The notes beneath the pieces are model-generated. The model made no database searches. It was not told the origin of the DNA and saw nothing but the letters and a program-made list of their open reading frames with translations. From contig OZ245817.1 in the NCBI GenBank assembly GCA_965228475.1, positions 4,288,001 through 4,352,000 on the forward strand: DNA of 64,000 nt. Direction: 5' to 3'. Source of the stretch: Myxococcota bacterium. Its GTDB lineage: Bacteria; Myxococcota_A; UBA9160; JAFDDA01. Below, in pieces: positions 34,968 to 47,345 of this stretch (its first letter is position 1; every line of letters begins with the position of its first letter). The position numbers were made by a program, and so were the translations under genes.

Positions 34968-35065
34968 GGAGGGGACTTTATCGCAGCCGCCGTGCGGGGG
35001 CGCCGCCACAACCGGCGATCCCGGACCACTCAAGGAGAGCCCCCGAAGAAGCAGGAGTCGATGGG

Positions 35066-35944
35066 ATGGAGCCGAGAGTGCTACGAAAGAAGGCCGCGGG
35101 GCGAAGGGCCCTTGGCGCGCTCGCCGCAGCCGTCCTGGCCTTCGCCGCACCGGCCGTGGAGGCCGTCCCCTTCGCCCTCGCCGACGGCAACGCCACGGTC
35201 ACCGTCGAGCCCGATCTCCAGGAGGGCGTCTCCGCCTTCAACGTCGCCGGCATCTCCCACGTCCGCGAACAGTGGTACTGGCTGCGGGTCGGCGCGGCCG
35301 GGGGCGAGACCTCCCTCGACCAGCTCGACCGCGGCCCGGCCACCCTCACCGACACCAACATGAGCGGCAGCGCCGACCGCTTCGCCGCCACCTTCACGGA
35401 CCCGGACCAGCGCTTCAGCGCGGAGCTCACCGTCACGCTCGCCGGCGGCCCCTTCGGCGGGCCGTCGGACGGCGCCCAGGCCTCGCTCTCGACCGAGCTC
35501 CTGCTGACCAACACGAGCGGCGGCGACCTCGACCTCACGCTCTTCCAGTACACGGACGTCGACCTGTTCAACACGCCCGGCGACGACCTCGCCGTGTTCG
35601 CAGGAACGCCCGCGGACGCCATCTCGGTGATCGACTCGACCGACCTCGGCCGCTACGACGCGGACTTCACCCCCGCCGACGCCGTCGAAGCCGCTCTGTT
35701 CGGCCCGCTCCTCGCGAGCCTGAACGACGGATCCGCGAGCGCGCTCGCGGGCACGGTGCTCGCGAACGGCGACGTCACCCACGCCCAGGGCTGGCGCACG
35801 GTGCTCGCGGACGGCGGAACCTTCCTGATGCGGCAGACCCAGCAGATCACCGTCTTCCCCGTCCCCGAGCCGTCGCTCCCCGCCCTCGTGGCCGCCGCCG
35901 CGCCGCTACTCTGGGCGGGCAACCGACGAAGGAGTCGAGCATGA
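35066..35944 (+). CDS. PEP-CTERM sorting-domain protein
   Basis: Signal peptide; C-terminus VPEPS-hydrophobic-RRRSRA. Confidence 0.8.
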   Translation: MEPRVLRKKAAGRRALGALAAAVLAFAAPAVEAVPFALADGNATVTVEPDLQEGVSAFNVAGISHVREQWYWLRVGAAGGETSLDQLDRGPATLTDTNMSGSADRFAATFTDPDQRFSAELTVTLAGGPFGGPSDGAQASLSTELLLTNTSGGDLDLTLFQYTDVDLFNTPGDDLAVFAGTPADAISVIDSTDLGRYDADFTPADAVEAALFGPLLASLNDGSASALAGTVLANGDVTHAQGWRTVLADGGTFLMRQTQQITVFPVPEPSLPALVAAAAPLLWAGNRRRSRA

Positions 35945-37527
35945 GCCGATCGGACCTTCCCCGCGCGCGGCGCGTGGCGCCGGCCTCCTGGTCCACGCTC
36001 GAACGGATCACGTCCGGCGAGGTCTCCCGGCGGAGCTTCCTGCGCATGACGACGGCCGCGGCCGGCGTCGCCATGGGCGGCCCGCTGCTCTCGGCCTGCA
36101 CGCCGAGCCTGCCGGACTACCCCTTCACGCTCGGCGTCGCTTCGGGCGACCCGCTCGCCGACCGCGTCGTGCTCTGGACCCGGCTCGCACCCTCGCCCCT
36201 CGACCCCGGTGGCGGCATGCCCGCCGTCCCCTACAGCGTGGCCTGGGAGGTCGCCCACGACGAGAACTTCGCGGTCATCGCGCGCAGCGGTTTCGCCATC
36301 GCGGACCCGGGCCTCGGCCACTCGGTCCACGTCGACGTCCCCGGGCTCGAGCCCGATCGCTGGTACTTCTACCGCTTCCGCGCCGCCGGCCACGTCTCCG
36401 ACGTCGGACGGACGCGGACCTTCCCCGCCGCGGGCGCCGCCCCGAGCCTGCTGCGCTTCGCGAGCTGCTCCTGCCAGCGTTACACCGACGGGTTCTACAC
36501 CGCCTACGCGAACATGGCGGCCGAAGACCTCGACTGCGTCGTCCACCTCGGCGATTACATCTACGAATCCGGCACGACGGGCATCCGCAACCACGACGGC
36601 ACGGGCGAGCCGCGCACGCTCGACGAGTACCGGAACCGCCACGCGCTCTACAAGCTCGACCTCGATCTCCAGGCCGCACACGGCCAGTTCCCCTGGATCG
36701 TCACCTGGGACGACCACGAGGTCGACAACAACCACGCGGGCCTGAACCCCGAGAACCCGGACCCGGCCTTTGCCGCGCGGCGCGCCGCCGCCTACCGGGC
36801 CTACTACGAGCACATGCCCGTGCGCGCCCTCGTCCCGAAGAACGAGTTCTTCCGCATCTATCGCGACTTCCAGTTCGGCGACCTGGCGAACCTCTTCGTG
36901 CTCGACACCCGCCAGTACCGCACCGACCAGCCGTGCAACGACGAGCTGGGCCCCGCCTGCGAAGGGTTCCCGGACCCGGCCGGCGACATGCTCGGCGCCG
37001 CCCAGGAAAACTGGCTGCTCAGCGGGCTCGGTGCCTCGTCCGCGATCTGGAACGTGCTCGCCCAGCAGATCGTCTTCTCACCCACGCCGATCGGGCCGGC
37101 CTTCAACTTCGACCAGTGGGACGGCTACCCGTTCTCGCGCCAGCGCATCCTCGACTTCATCCAGGCCGCGGGCGTCCGCAACCCGACCGTCCTCACCGGG
37201 GACATCCACGCCTCGGGCGCCGGCGCGGTCCCGGTCTCGGCGGACGATCTCGAGACCCCGCTCGGTGCCGAGTGGGTCGCCACCGGCATCACCTCGAACA
37301 TCGGAAACCCGGTGCTGGCGAGCATCTTCGAGCAGGCGGTCCAGTCGCTGCCCCACGTCGGGTTCTTGAACGCCGTCAACCAGGGCTACGTCCGCCACGA
37401 AGTGACGCGCGACCTCTGGCGGGCGGACTTCCGCTTCGTGGATTCGATCGTGGTGCCCGTCGCCGGGATCTCGACGGGCGCGAGCTGGGTCGCGGAAGAG
37501 GGCGTTCCGGGGATTTCCGAGGCCTAG
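35941..37527 (+). CDS. phoD: Alkaline phosphatase D family protein, Tat-exported lipoprotein
   Basis: SRRSFL Tat motif, LSAC lipobox, GVASGDP, HLGDYIYE, WDDHE, LDTRQYR, WDGY, TGDIH. Confidence 0.95.
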   Translation: MSRSDLPRARRVAPASWSTLERITSGEVSRRSFLRMTTAAAGVAMGGPLLSACTPSLPDYPFTLGVASGDPLADRVVLWTRLAPSPLDPGGGMPAVPYSVAWEVAHDENFAVIARSGFAIADPGLGHSVHVDVPGLEPDRWYFYRFRAAGHVSDVGRTRTFPAAGAAPSLLRFASCSCQRYTDGFYTAYANMAAEDLDCVVHLGDYIYESGTTGIRNHDGTGEPRTLDEYRNRHALYKLDLDLQAAHGQFPWIVTWDDHEVDNNHAGLNPENPDPAFAARRAAAYRAYYEHMPVRALVPKNEFFRIYRDFQFGDLANLFVLDTRQYRTDQPCNDELGPACEGFPDPAGDMLGAAQENWLLSGLGASSAIWNVLAQQIVFSPTPIGPAFNFDQWDGYPFSRQRILDFIQAAGVRNPTVLTGDIHASGAGAVPVSADDLETPLGAEWVATGITSNIGNPVLASIFEQAVQSLPHVGFLNAVNQGYVRHEVTRDLWRADFRFVDSIVVPVAGISTGASWVAEEGVPGISEA

Positions 37528-37542
37528 GCAGGCCCGGCGTCG

Positions 37543-37905
37543 CTAGCCGAGGACGCGCTTCACGACCTGCAGCAGGCGGTCGCGGTCGGCGGGCTTCACG
37601 ATCCAATCGCGGGCGCCCGCCTCGAGCGCTTCGTTCACCAGCGGTTCCTGGCCGCGCGAGCTCGTCACGAGCACGCGCGCATCGGTATCGAGCGCGCAGA
37701 TCTGGCGGCAGGCGTCGATCCCGGAGCAGGTCGGCAGGAGCAGGTCCATCATCACGAGGTCCGGCTCGAGCTCCTGGAAGGCGTCGATCGCTTCCTGGCC
37801 GTCGCCGACTTCGCCGACGACCTCGAAGCCGTCCGCCTCGAGGAGCCGCGTCAGGTGCTCGCGCATGAAGGGTGCGTCGTCGACGATGAGGGTTCGTGCC
37901 TTCAC
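37543..37905 (-). CDS. Single-domain response regulator (CheY-like)
   Basis: IVDD, phospho-Asp in PDLVMMD, KP motif. Confidence 0.9.
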   Translation of the reverse strand: MKARTLIVDDAPFMREHLTRLLEADGFEVVGEVGDGQEAIDAFQELEPDLVMMDLLLPTCSGIDACRQICALDTDARVLVTSSRGQEPLVNEALEAGARDWIVKPADRDRLLQVVKRVLG

Positions 37906-37950
37906 CCTTCCTGCATCGGAGAGCGGCGCGCGGGCTTGACGCCTAGGAAG

Positions 37951-38898
37951 TTAGAAGTGTCTCCAACCTTCTCGCTCCGCGACCGGGCGGCCGTCGAGTT
38001 GCAGCCCCCCTGCGGTGACGCTGCCGATCTCGGCGACCTCGACGCCGAGCCGGCGGGAGAGTGCTGCCGCGGACGGGGCCGAAGCGCGGGTGGTGAAGAG
38101 GAGCTCGTAGTCTTCTCCGGCGAAGAGCACGGAGAGCGGCTCGCGCCCGAGCTTGCGACAGGCCGCATCGAAGCCGCGGCGGCGTGGAAGCGCCGCAGAA
38201 TCGAGGGCCGCCCCGACGCCGGAGGCCTCGAGGACGTGTCGCAGGTCGGCGAGCAGGCCGTCGGAGACGTCGATGCACGCGCCGGCAAAGCGCGCACGGG
38301 TCAGGACCCGCCCGGCCTCGAGCCGGGCCGTCCCGACGTGCCGCATCGTCCCCCCGGCCTCGGCGCGCGCGCGGGCCAGGGCGGCTTCGCCGAGGCGGCC
38401 GGTCACGAAGATCCGGTCGCCCGCGCGGGCGGCATCCCGGCGCAGCGCCCGGCCGCGCTTCACCGCACCGAGGGCCGTCACCGTGAGCGAGACCTCCGAG
38501 GCCCGGGCCACGTTCCCGCCGACGAGCGGGGCACCGGCCGCCCCGCACTGGGCGAGCACGCCGCGCAGGATGCCGTCGAGCTCCCGGACGGAGAGGCCGC
38601 CGGGCCCGGCGAAGGCCAGCGTCACCGCGAGAGGCCTTGCGCCCATCGCCGCGAGGTCCGAGAGGCTCGCGACGACGCAGCGCTCCCCGACGACCCGCGG
38701 CGGATCGCTGCGCCGGCGGAAGTGGACGTTCTCGACGTGGGCATCGGTGGTGAGGACGACGTCCTCCCCGGCGCGCGGCCGCAGCACCGCGGCGTCGTCC
38801 CCGATGCCGATCTTCACGTGGTGGGGGACGCCGGCGCGCGCGGCGGCGCGCGCGATCCGGTCGATCCAGCCGAACTCGGTCAGTTCCTCGAGCCGCAC
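37951..38898 (-). CDS. thiL: Thiamine-monophosphate kinase
   Basis: EF..I, GIGDDAA, SDLAAMGA, DVSDGL, GEDYEL. Confidence 0.94.
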   Translation of the reverse strand: MRLEELTEFGWIDRIARAAARAGVPHHVKIGIGDDAAVLRPRAGEDVVLTTDAHVENVHFRRRSDPPRVVGERCVVASLSDLAAMGARPLAVTLAFAGPGGLSVRELDGILRGVLAQCGAAGAPLVGGNVARASEVSLTVTALGAVKRGRALRRDAARAGDRIFVTGRLGEAALARARAEAGGTMRHVGTARLEAGRVLTRARFAGACIDVSDGLLADLRHVLEASGVGAALDSAALPRRRGFDAACRKLGREPLSVLFAGEDYELLFTTRASAPSAAALSRRLGVEVAEIGSVTAGGLQLDGRPVAEREGWRHF

Positions 38899-38926
38899 GG
38901 GCCGAGGATAGCCCCCTCGGGCGCCG

Positions 38927-41329
38927 CTACTTCTTCTTCGCCTGGGCCGGCGTCTGGGGAACCGACGGGGCGCGGCCGCGCTTCGCGCGCGGGCGGAAGT
39001 CCCCCTCGAGGGCGACCTCGAGCACCTCGTTCATGTGGGAGACCGGGACGAAGGTGATCTTCTTCTTCACCTCGCGCGGGATCTCCTCGAGGTCGTCGAG
39101 GTTCTTCTTCGGGAGCACCATGGTCGTGATGCCGTGGCGAAGCGCCGCAAGCGCCTTCTCCCGCACGCCGCCGACGGGCAGCACGCGGCCGAGCAGGGTG
39201 ACCTCGCCGGTCATCGCGATGTCCGAGCGGATCGGCACTCCCGCGGCGAGCGAGGTGATCGCCGTCGCGAGGGTGATGCCCGCCGAGGGGCCATCCTTCG
39301 GGATCGCGCCAGCCGGCACGTGGACGTGGATCTCGTGCTTGCCGAACAGGCCCTCTTCGATGCCGAGCTCCTTCTCGCGCGCCCGCACCCAGGTGAGCGC
39401 CGCGTGTCCGGACTCCTTCATGACGTCGCCGAGCTGTCCGGTCAGGACGAGGCCCTTGCCCTCGGTCATGGCCGCTTCGATCGAGAGCACGTCACCGCCG
39501 GACTCGGTCCAGGCCAGGCCCGTCGCCACGCCGATCTCGCCCTGCTCCGACTTCTCCTCCGGCATGTAGGGCGCCGGGCCGAGGAAGGTCGGCAGGTTCT
39601 TGCGGGTGAGCTTGATCTCCGCCTCGTCGCCTTCGGCGGCGCGGCGGGCGGCCTTGCGACACACCGACGCCACCTGGCGCTCGAGGTTCCGGACGCCCGC
39701 TTCGGCCGTGTACTCCGTCACGAGCTTGTCGACCGCGGCGTCGCTCCAGTGGATGCGGCCCTCGGGCAGCCCGGCCTCGGAGGTCTGGCGCGGGATCAGG
39801 TAGGCGCGCGTGATCTCGGCCTTCTCCTCGGGCGTGTAGCCCGAGAGTCGGACGATCTCCATGCGGTCGCGCAGCGGGCCGGGGATCGGATCGAGCAGGT
39901 TCGCGGTGGCCACGAAGAAGGTGCTCGAGAGGTCGAAGGGCACGTTCAGGTAGTGATCGCTGAAGCTCGCGTTCTGCTCCGGGTCGAGCACCTCGAGCAG
40001 GGCGGAGGACGGGTCGCCCCGGTAGTCCGCGCCGAGCTTGTCGATCTCGTCGAGCATGAAGACCGGGTTGCGCGTTCCCGCGGACTTGATGCCCTGGATG
40101 ATGCGGCCGGGCATGGCACCGACGTAGGTCCGCCGATGACCGCGCACTTCCGCTTCGTCGCGCACGCCGCCGAGCGACATGCGGATGAACTCGCGGCCCA
40201 TGGCGCGCGCGATCGAGCGGCCGAGCGAGGTCTTGCCCACGCCCGGCGGGCCGACGAAACACAGGATCGGTCCGCGCGAATCCTGGCGGAGCTTTCGCAC
40301 GCCGAGGAACTCGAGAATGCGGTCCTTGATCCGGTCGAGGTGCGCGTGGTCGGCGTCGAGGATCTGGCGCGCGCACGAGAGGTCGAGCTGGTCCGGCGAC
40401 ATGCGGCGCCAGGGCAGCTCGATCATCGTGTCGAGGTAGGTGCGCGCGACCTGGGCTTCCGGGCCGTCCGGGTGCATGCGCTCGAGGCGCCGGAGCTGGC
40501 GCATGGCCTCGCCGAAGGCCTCTTCGGTCATGCCGGCGTCCTCGATCTTCGCGTGGTACTCGAGGATCTCGTCGCCGCGCTGGTCGCCTTCGCCGAGCTC
40601 GGCCTGGATCGCGCGCATCTGCTCGCGCAGGAAGACCTCGCGCTGGTTCCGGCTCATCTCGTCCTTCACCTGCGACTGGATCTCGGCCTGCATGGTGGTG
40701 ACTTCGAGCTCGCGGCGGAGCAGGCCATCGACCTGCTCGAGGCGCTCCATCGGGTCGAGGGCTTCGAGCACGTCCTGGGCGTCGGCGAGGCGCAGCCGCA
40801 GGTTCGAAGCGACGAGGTCCGCCAGGCGGCCCGGATCGTCGACGTTCGCCGTGATCGTGAGCACTTCGGGCGGCAGGTTCTTGAAGGGAAGGAGCTCTTC
40901 CACGCGCACGCGGACGGCGCGCATGAGCGCCTCGGTCTCGACGGTCTGCTCCGGGGCGTCCGGCTCCGGCAGCGCCTTCACGCGCGCCCAGTGGGCCGGC
41001 TCGTTCTCGACGAAGCTCTGGATCTCCGCCTTCGAGAGGCCCTGCACGAGCGCCTTCACGCGGCCGTCGGGCAGGCGCAGGATGCGCATCACCATCGCGA
41101 CGGTGCCGATCTTGTGGAGATCCTCGGGGCCCGGATCTTCCAGCTCGGGGTCGCGCTGGGCCGCCAGGAGGATCAGACGATCCCCTGCGAGCGCATCCTC
41201 GACCGCCGCGATCGACTCTTCCCGGAAGAGGAAGAGCGGCAGCACCATGTAGGGAAAGACGACGAACTCGCGCAGCGGCAAGACGGGGAGTTCGTTCGGC
41301 ACATCGTTGACGGAGTGTTCGGGGGCCAT
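38927..41329 (-). CDS. lon: Lon protease (endopeptidase La)
   Basis: LPVLPLR N-domain, GPPGVGKT, LDEIDK, PKDGPSAG. Confidence 0.97.
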   Translation of the reverse strand: MAPEHSVNDVPNELPVLPLREFVVFPYMVLPLFLFREESIAAVEDALAGDRLILLAAQRDPELEDPGPEDLHKIGTVAMVMRILRLPDGRVKALVQGLSKAEIQSFVENEPAHWARVKALPEPDAPEQTVETEALMRAVRVRVEELLPFKNLPPEVLTITANVDDPGRLADLVASNLRLRLADAQDVLEALDPMERLEQVDGLLRRELEVTTMQAEIQSQVKDEMSRNQREVFLREQMRAIQAELGEGDQRGDEILEYHAKIEDAGMTEEAFGEAMRQLRRLERMHPDGPEAQVARTYLDTMIELPWRRMSPDQLDLSCARQILDADHAHLDRIKDRILEFLGVRKLRQDSRGPILCFVGPPGVGKTSLGRSIARAMGREFIRMSLGGVRDEAEVRGHRRTYVGAMPGRIIQGIKSAGTRNPVFMLDEIDKLGADYRGDPSSALLEVLDPEQNASFSDHYLNVPFDLSSTFFVATANLLDPIPGPLRDRMEIVRLSGYTPEEKAEITRAYLIPRQTSEAGLPEGRIHWSDAAVDKLVTEYTAEAGVRNLERQVASVCRKAARRAAEGDEAEIKLTRKNLPTFLGPAPYMPEEKSEQGEIGVATGLAWTESGGDVLSIEAAMTEGKGLVLTGQLGDVMKESGHAALTWVRAREKELGIEEGLFGKHEIHVHVPAGAIPKDGPSAGITLATAITSLAAGVPIRSDIAMTGEVTLLGRVLPVGGVREKALAALRHGITTMVLPKKNLDDLEEIPREVKKKITFVPVSHMNEVLEVALEGDFRPRAKRGRAPSVPQTPAQAKKK

Positions 41330-41454
41330 CGCACACCCGAATCGACGCCCTCGCGCGGTGACTTGAGACGGCGCTTGATTGGATGTCGCAACAAATTCAG
41401 CAGCTTGCGCACTCTTCGCCGGGTGGGGCGAAGGCGCTTTCACACCGTCGGGAA

Positions 41455-43575
41455 CTACTTCTCGAGCGCGACGATGCGGCGGCCCTTCACGCCGAGCAGA
41501 TACGGTCGCTTCTGCGCAGTGCCGTCCGCCCGGATGTTCGTGACCCCGGACACGCCCGGGTAGGCCCGAACCCGGAGCAGGGCATCCCGCATGCGATCTC
41601 GCGCGTTCAGGCCCTGCGCAAGTTGCGCCATGGTGAGGCGTCCGGCGTCGAAGGAGAGCGCCGCCAGCGACCCGGGCGGGGCGCCGTAGGCCGCCTCGAA
41701 GCCCTTCGAGAACTCCGCCACGTAGGGGACGTCGCTGTCCGGATAGAAGGTCTCGGTGAAGATCGCGCGGTTCATGTGGTAGCCGCCGATGCGCACGAGG
41801 TCCGGGTGGTTCCAGCCGGAGGAGCCGAGCAGCCGCACGCCCTTGACCTCGTGGAAGGCGAGCTGGGGCGCGATCAGGGTGACCTGCTCGTAGGAGTCCG
41901 GGATGAACAGCGCGTCGAAGCCGACGATGGGCGGCAGCGGCTCGTCGTTCGGCCCGCGCAGGGCCTTGGCTTCGGCCCGCAGCGCGAGGGCCTCGGCGGC
42001 CGGCAGGCGCTTGGCCTGGTTCAGCATGTCCTCGCGGGTCTCGAGGGCCTCCTTCACCGCGGGCGTGAGGTGCGCGAAGCCGACCAGGCTGCGGATCGGC
42101 CCCGCGAAGTCCGGCACGCCGGGCTCGTAGGATTCGACGCCGACGACGCGCCCGCCCCGCGCTTCGACCTGATCCCAGAAGAGGTCGCGGGCGCCGCGGC
42201 CGTAGGCGTCGTCCGGGTAGAGGATCGCGAAGCGGCCGAGGCCGGCGTCGCGGATGGCGTGGTCGACGAGGACCTCGATCTCGCCGCGGGGCTCGCGGCC
42301 CGCGCGGAAGACCCAGGGCCGCTCCTGGGCGACCTCGTCGCGCCCGGTGAGGGCGAGCAGCGGGACGCGGCGGGCCTCGGCCACGCCAGCGGCGGCCTCG
42401 GCCTCGCTCGCGAGCAGCGGCCCGATGATGGCGGACACTGACGACACGCTCGCGAGCTCCTCGACGGCGCGGGCGGCCCCGTCGGGCGTTCCGCCGCTGT
42501 CGCGGACCAGCACGTGGACGCCGCCGTCGCCTCCGCCGAAGACCTCCGCCGCCATCAAGACGCCGCGCAGGCACTCTTCGCCGAAGCCCGAGAACTGGCC
42601 CGAGAGGGGCAGGACGACGCCGATCGTCCCGCTGGCGCCGCGCAGGTCGCCGACCGGCCGCACCTCGGAGAAGCTCGGAAGCTCCGCCGCGGAGGGCCCG
42701 GCTTCGAGGGTCGAGCCGGCCAGGCGCGACTGCAGCGCCAGCCGGCGCTCGTTCTCCGCGCTCGTCCCCGGCAGCGTGGCCGCCGCTTCGAGCGCCTTGC
42801 GCGCGCGGTCGAGGTCGTCGTTCTCGAGGGCCATCTCGGCGAGGCGGAGCTGGACCCGCAGCGAGGGGAAGCGCCCCTCGAGCTTTCGCGCGGCCTTCTC
42901 GAGATCCGAGCGGTCGAGGGAGAGCAGGGTCTCGTCGATCACGTCCTCGATGCGCTCGCGCTCGGTCTGGTTGGGCGCGCTGGCATGAGCGCGCGCCCAC
43001 CAGCGGAGCGAGAGCACCGGGTCGCCGCGCTCGGCCGAGAGCTGCGAGAGCAGGACGTGGACGCGGTGCCGATCCGCCGGCGCGAGCTTCGCGAGCCGGA
43101 TGCGCGCCGCGGTCCGGTAGGCGGTGTCGCGCTCCCCGGCGGCCCGCTGCACCTCGGCCAGGAGCAGCCGGATCTCGTCGATGCGGTCGCCGCGGCCGTG
43201 GGTGCGCGTCGCCCAGACGAGCTGGCGCTCGGCCCGGGCGTACTGGCCGTTCTCCGCGGCACGGCGCGCGAGCTCGAGGGCGGCGTCGTCGGCCAGCGGG
43301 TCGCGCGGCCACTCGAGCAGGAAGCGCTCGAGCACGCCCGAGGGCGTGTTCTCCTCGACCCGCGCGAGCGGCACCGACTTCATCTCCGGAGGCGGCGCCA
43401 CGCCGGGTTCGGGCGCTTCGACGGGGTTCTGGGCGGTCTCGAAGGGCGCCGTCGAGGACGACGTCGGGAACGGCGCTTCGCCGGTCGCCGTACAGGCGGA
43501 CAGCCCGACGCAGACCCAGAGGGAGGCGAGGAATCGGGCCGAGGGGCCGCTACAGAGGGGATGGCGGTGGCGCAA
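41455..43575 (-). CDS. LppC/LpoA-like penicillin-binding protein activator lipoprotein
   Basis: LSAC lipobox, TPR-like N-half, GVVLPLSG..IIGPL..FDALFIPD periplasmic-binding C-half; TTG start uncertain. Confidence 0.8.
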   Translation of the reverse strand: MRHRHPLCSGPSARFLASLWVCVGLSACTATGEAPFPTSSSTAPFETAQNPVEAPEPGVAPPPEMKSVPLARVEENTPSGVLERFLLEWPRDPLADDAALELARRAAENGQYARAERQLVWATRTHGRGDRIDEIRLLLAEVQRAAGERDTAYRTAARIRLAKLAPADRHRVHVLLSQLSAERGDPVLSLRWWARAHASAPNQTERERIEDVIDETLLSLDRSDLEKAARKLEGRFPSLRVQLRLAEMALENDDLDRARKALEAAATLPGTSAENERRLALQSRLAGSTLEAGPSAAELPSFSEVRPVGDLRGASGTIGVVLPLSGQFSGFGEECLRGVLMAAEVFGGGDGGVHVLVRDSGGTPDGAARAVEELASVSSVSAIIGPLLASEAEAAAGVAEARRVPLLALTGRDEVAQERPWVFRAGREPRGEIEVLVDHAIRDAGLGRFAILYPDDAYGRGARDLFWDQVEARGGRVVGVESYEPGVPDFAGPIRSLVGFAHLTPAVKEALETREDMLNQAKRLPAAEALALRAEAKALRGPNDEPLPPIVGFDALFIPDSYEQVTLIAPQLAFHEVKGVRLLGSSGWNHPDLVRIGGYHMNRAIFTETFYPDSDVPYVAEFSKGFEAAYGAPPGSLAALSFDAGRLTMAQLAQGLNARDRMRDALLRVRAYPGVSGVTNIRADGTAQKRPYLLGVKGRRIVALEK

Positions 43576-43607
43576 GCGCGGGAGTCCTTCCGTCGTCGGC
43601 CGCGGTC

Positions 43608-44732
43608 TCAGTCGAACAAATCCCGGAGCTTGTCGAGGAAGCCCTTGGTCACGGGCGAGACCTCGGTGTCCGTCTCCTCGGCGAACTGCTCGAGGAGCTG
43701 GCGCTGGCGCTCGGTCAACTGCGTCGGCACTTCCACGAAGATGCGACACAACTGGTCGCCCCGCGAGCTGGAATGCAGGGACGGCACGCCCTTGCCCCGC
43801 AGGCGGATCGTCTTGCCCGATTGCGTCCCCTCCGGAATCCGCACCTTGACCTTGCCGTCGACGGTGGGCACCTCGACCTCGGCGCCGAGGGCGGCCTGCA
43901 CGAACGGCACGGGCACCTCGCAGTGGAGGTCCGGCCCGTCGCGCCGGAAGAGCGGATGGGGCCTCACCGAGAGCACGACGTAGAGGTCGCCCGCCGGGCC
44001 TCCCGCGAGGCCCGCTTCGCCCTCGGCCTGGAGACGCAGCCGCGCGCCGTCGTCGACGCCGGGCGGCACGCGCACCGTGATGGTCTGCTCGCTCTCGACG
44101 CGGCCCATGCCGCGGCAGTCCTCGCAGCGCTCGCGGATGATCTCGCCGGCGCCGCCGCAGGCATCGCAGGGCCGGCTGATGCGGAAGAAGCCCTGCTGGA
44201 AGATCACCTGGCCGGTGCCGCGGCAGCGCGAGCAGGTCTCGCGGCCGGTCCCCGGGCGCGCGCCCGAGCTGTCGCAGGTGTTGCAGCCGCGCATCTTCGG
44301 GATCGTGATCTTGGCGTCGAGGCCGTCGATCACGTCCTGGAGCTCGATCTCGAGGTTGTAGCGGAGGTCCGCGCCGCGCTGGCCGCGGCCGCGCCGGCCG
44401 CCGGGCCCGCCGCGCGCGCCGAAGATGTCGCCGAACAGATCGTTGAAGAGATCGGTGAAGGAGCCGAGGTCGCCGAAGTCGGGCGCGCCGCCGGGGCCAC
44501 CGCCCATGCCCACGCCCTGGTGGCCGAAGCGGTCGTAGGCCTGGCGCTTCTGGGGGTCCGAGAGCACCGAGTACGCCTCGGAGACTTCCTTGAACGCCTC
44601 CTCGGCGGCCGGGTCGTCGGGGTTCCGGTCCGGGTGATACTGGAGGGCCAGCTTGCGGTAGGCCTTCTTCAGCTCGTCCTCGGACGCTTCCCGGTGCGCG
44701 CCGAGGATTTCGTAGTAGTCGCGTTTGGACAA
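43608..44732 (-). CDS. dnaJ: Chaperone DnaJ
   Basis: HPD J-domain, G/F region, four CxxC zinc-finger repeats. Confidence 0.97.
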   Translation of the reverse strand: MSKRDYYEILGAHREASEDELKKAYRKLALQYHPDRNPDDPAAEEAFKEVSEAYSVLSDPQKRQAYDRFGHQGVGMGGGPGGAPDFGDLGSFTDLFNDLFGDIFGARGGPGGRRGRGQRGADLRYNLEIELQDVIDGLDAKITIPKMRGCNTCDSSGARPGTGRETCSRCRGTGQVIFQQGFFRISRPCDACGGAGEIIRERCEDCRGMGRVESEQTITVRVPPGVDDGARLRLQAEGEAGLAGGPAGDLYVVLSVRPHPLFRRDGPDLHCEVPVPFVQAALGAEVEVPTVDGKVKVRIPEGTQSGKTIRLRGKGVPSLHSSSRGDQLCRIFVEVPTQLTERQRQLLEQFAEETDTEVSPVTKGFLDKLRDLFD

Positions 44733-44849
44733 GAACCGGGCCCCATTGAGGTGCGGCGCGAAGAGCGCTTGCGGACGAGGGGCTAAGGATAGGCCCGGAG
44801 CCGGGAATCTCCACCGGAGGCGGAGCCCCCGCTTGGGCCGGGCCGGGGG

Positions 44850-46667
<1,818 letters not shown>

Positions 46668-46703
46668 GCCGTCGCCCCCTCCCCCTCGAGGCGTCGGCGC
46701 GGA

Positions 46704-47345
46704 TCACTCCGAAGCCGGCTCCTCGGGCTTTGCGTTGCCCCCTTCCGAGGGCTTCGACACCACCACGCGAGCCGGCCGGATCAGGTGGTCGTGCAGCTGG
46801 TATCCGCGCTGGAACACCTGCACCACCGTATTCGGCGGACGCTCGTCGTCGGGCGCCTGGGCCATGGCTTCGTGCACTTCGGGGTCGAAGGGCTTCCCGT
46901 CCGCTTCGATCTCCGTGACGCCGTAGCGACCGAAGACGCCTTGCAGCTCCCGCAGGACGAGTTCGACCCCCTGCATCAAGCCTTCGACGTCGCCGCCTTC
47001 GCTCTGGCGCGTGTGCTCCACGGCCCGCTCCAAGTTATCGACCGTGGGCAGCAAATCCTTGACGAGGTTCTCGTGGCCGTAGCGGTACGCCTCCTCCTTT
47101 TCCCTGAGGGTTCGACGCCTCAGGTTCTCGAAGTCGGCCTGGAGGCGGAGGAGCTGATCCTTGAGCGCCGCGACCTCCTCGGAGGCATCGCCACCGGCTT
47201 CCGCGCCTTCGGAGGGTTCGGCCGCAGCGGCCTTGGGCTTGTCGCCGTCGACGGCCGCCAGCGCCTCGGCGAGGGCGTCCTCGAGCTCCTGGCTCGGCTG
47301 GATCGAGGGCTCTTCCGGCCCGTCGGGGTTCTTCGGTTCGCTCAC
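46704..47345 (-). CDS. grpE: Nucleotide exchange factor GrpE
   Basis: ADFENLRRR, LLPTVDNLERA, FDPEVHEA, GYQLHD.LIRPARVVV. Confidence 0.95.
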   Translation of the reverse strand: MSEPKNPDGPEEPSIQPSQELEDALAEALAAVDGDKPKAAAAEPSEGAEAGGDASEEVAALKDQLLRLQADFENLRRRTLREKEEAYRYGHENLVKDLLPTVDNLERAVEHTRQSEGGDVEGLMQGVELVLRELQGVFGRYGVTEIEADGKPFDPEVHEAMAQAPDDERPPNTVVQVFQRGYQLHDHLIRPARVVVSKPSEGGNAKPEEPASE

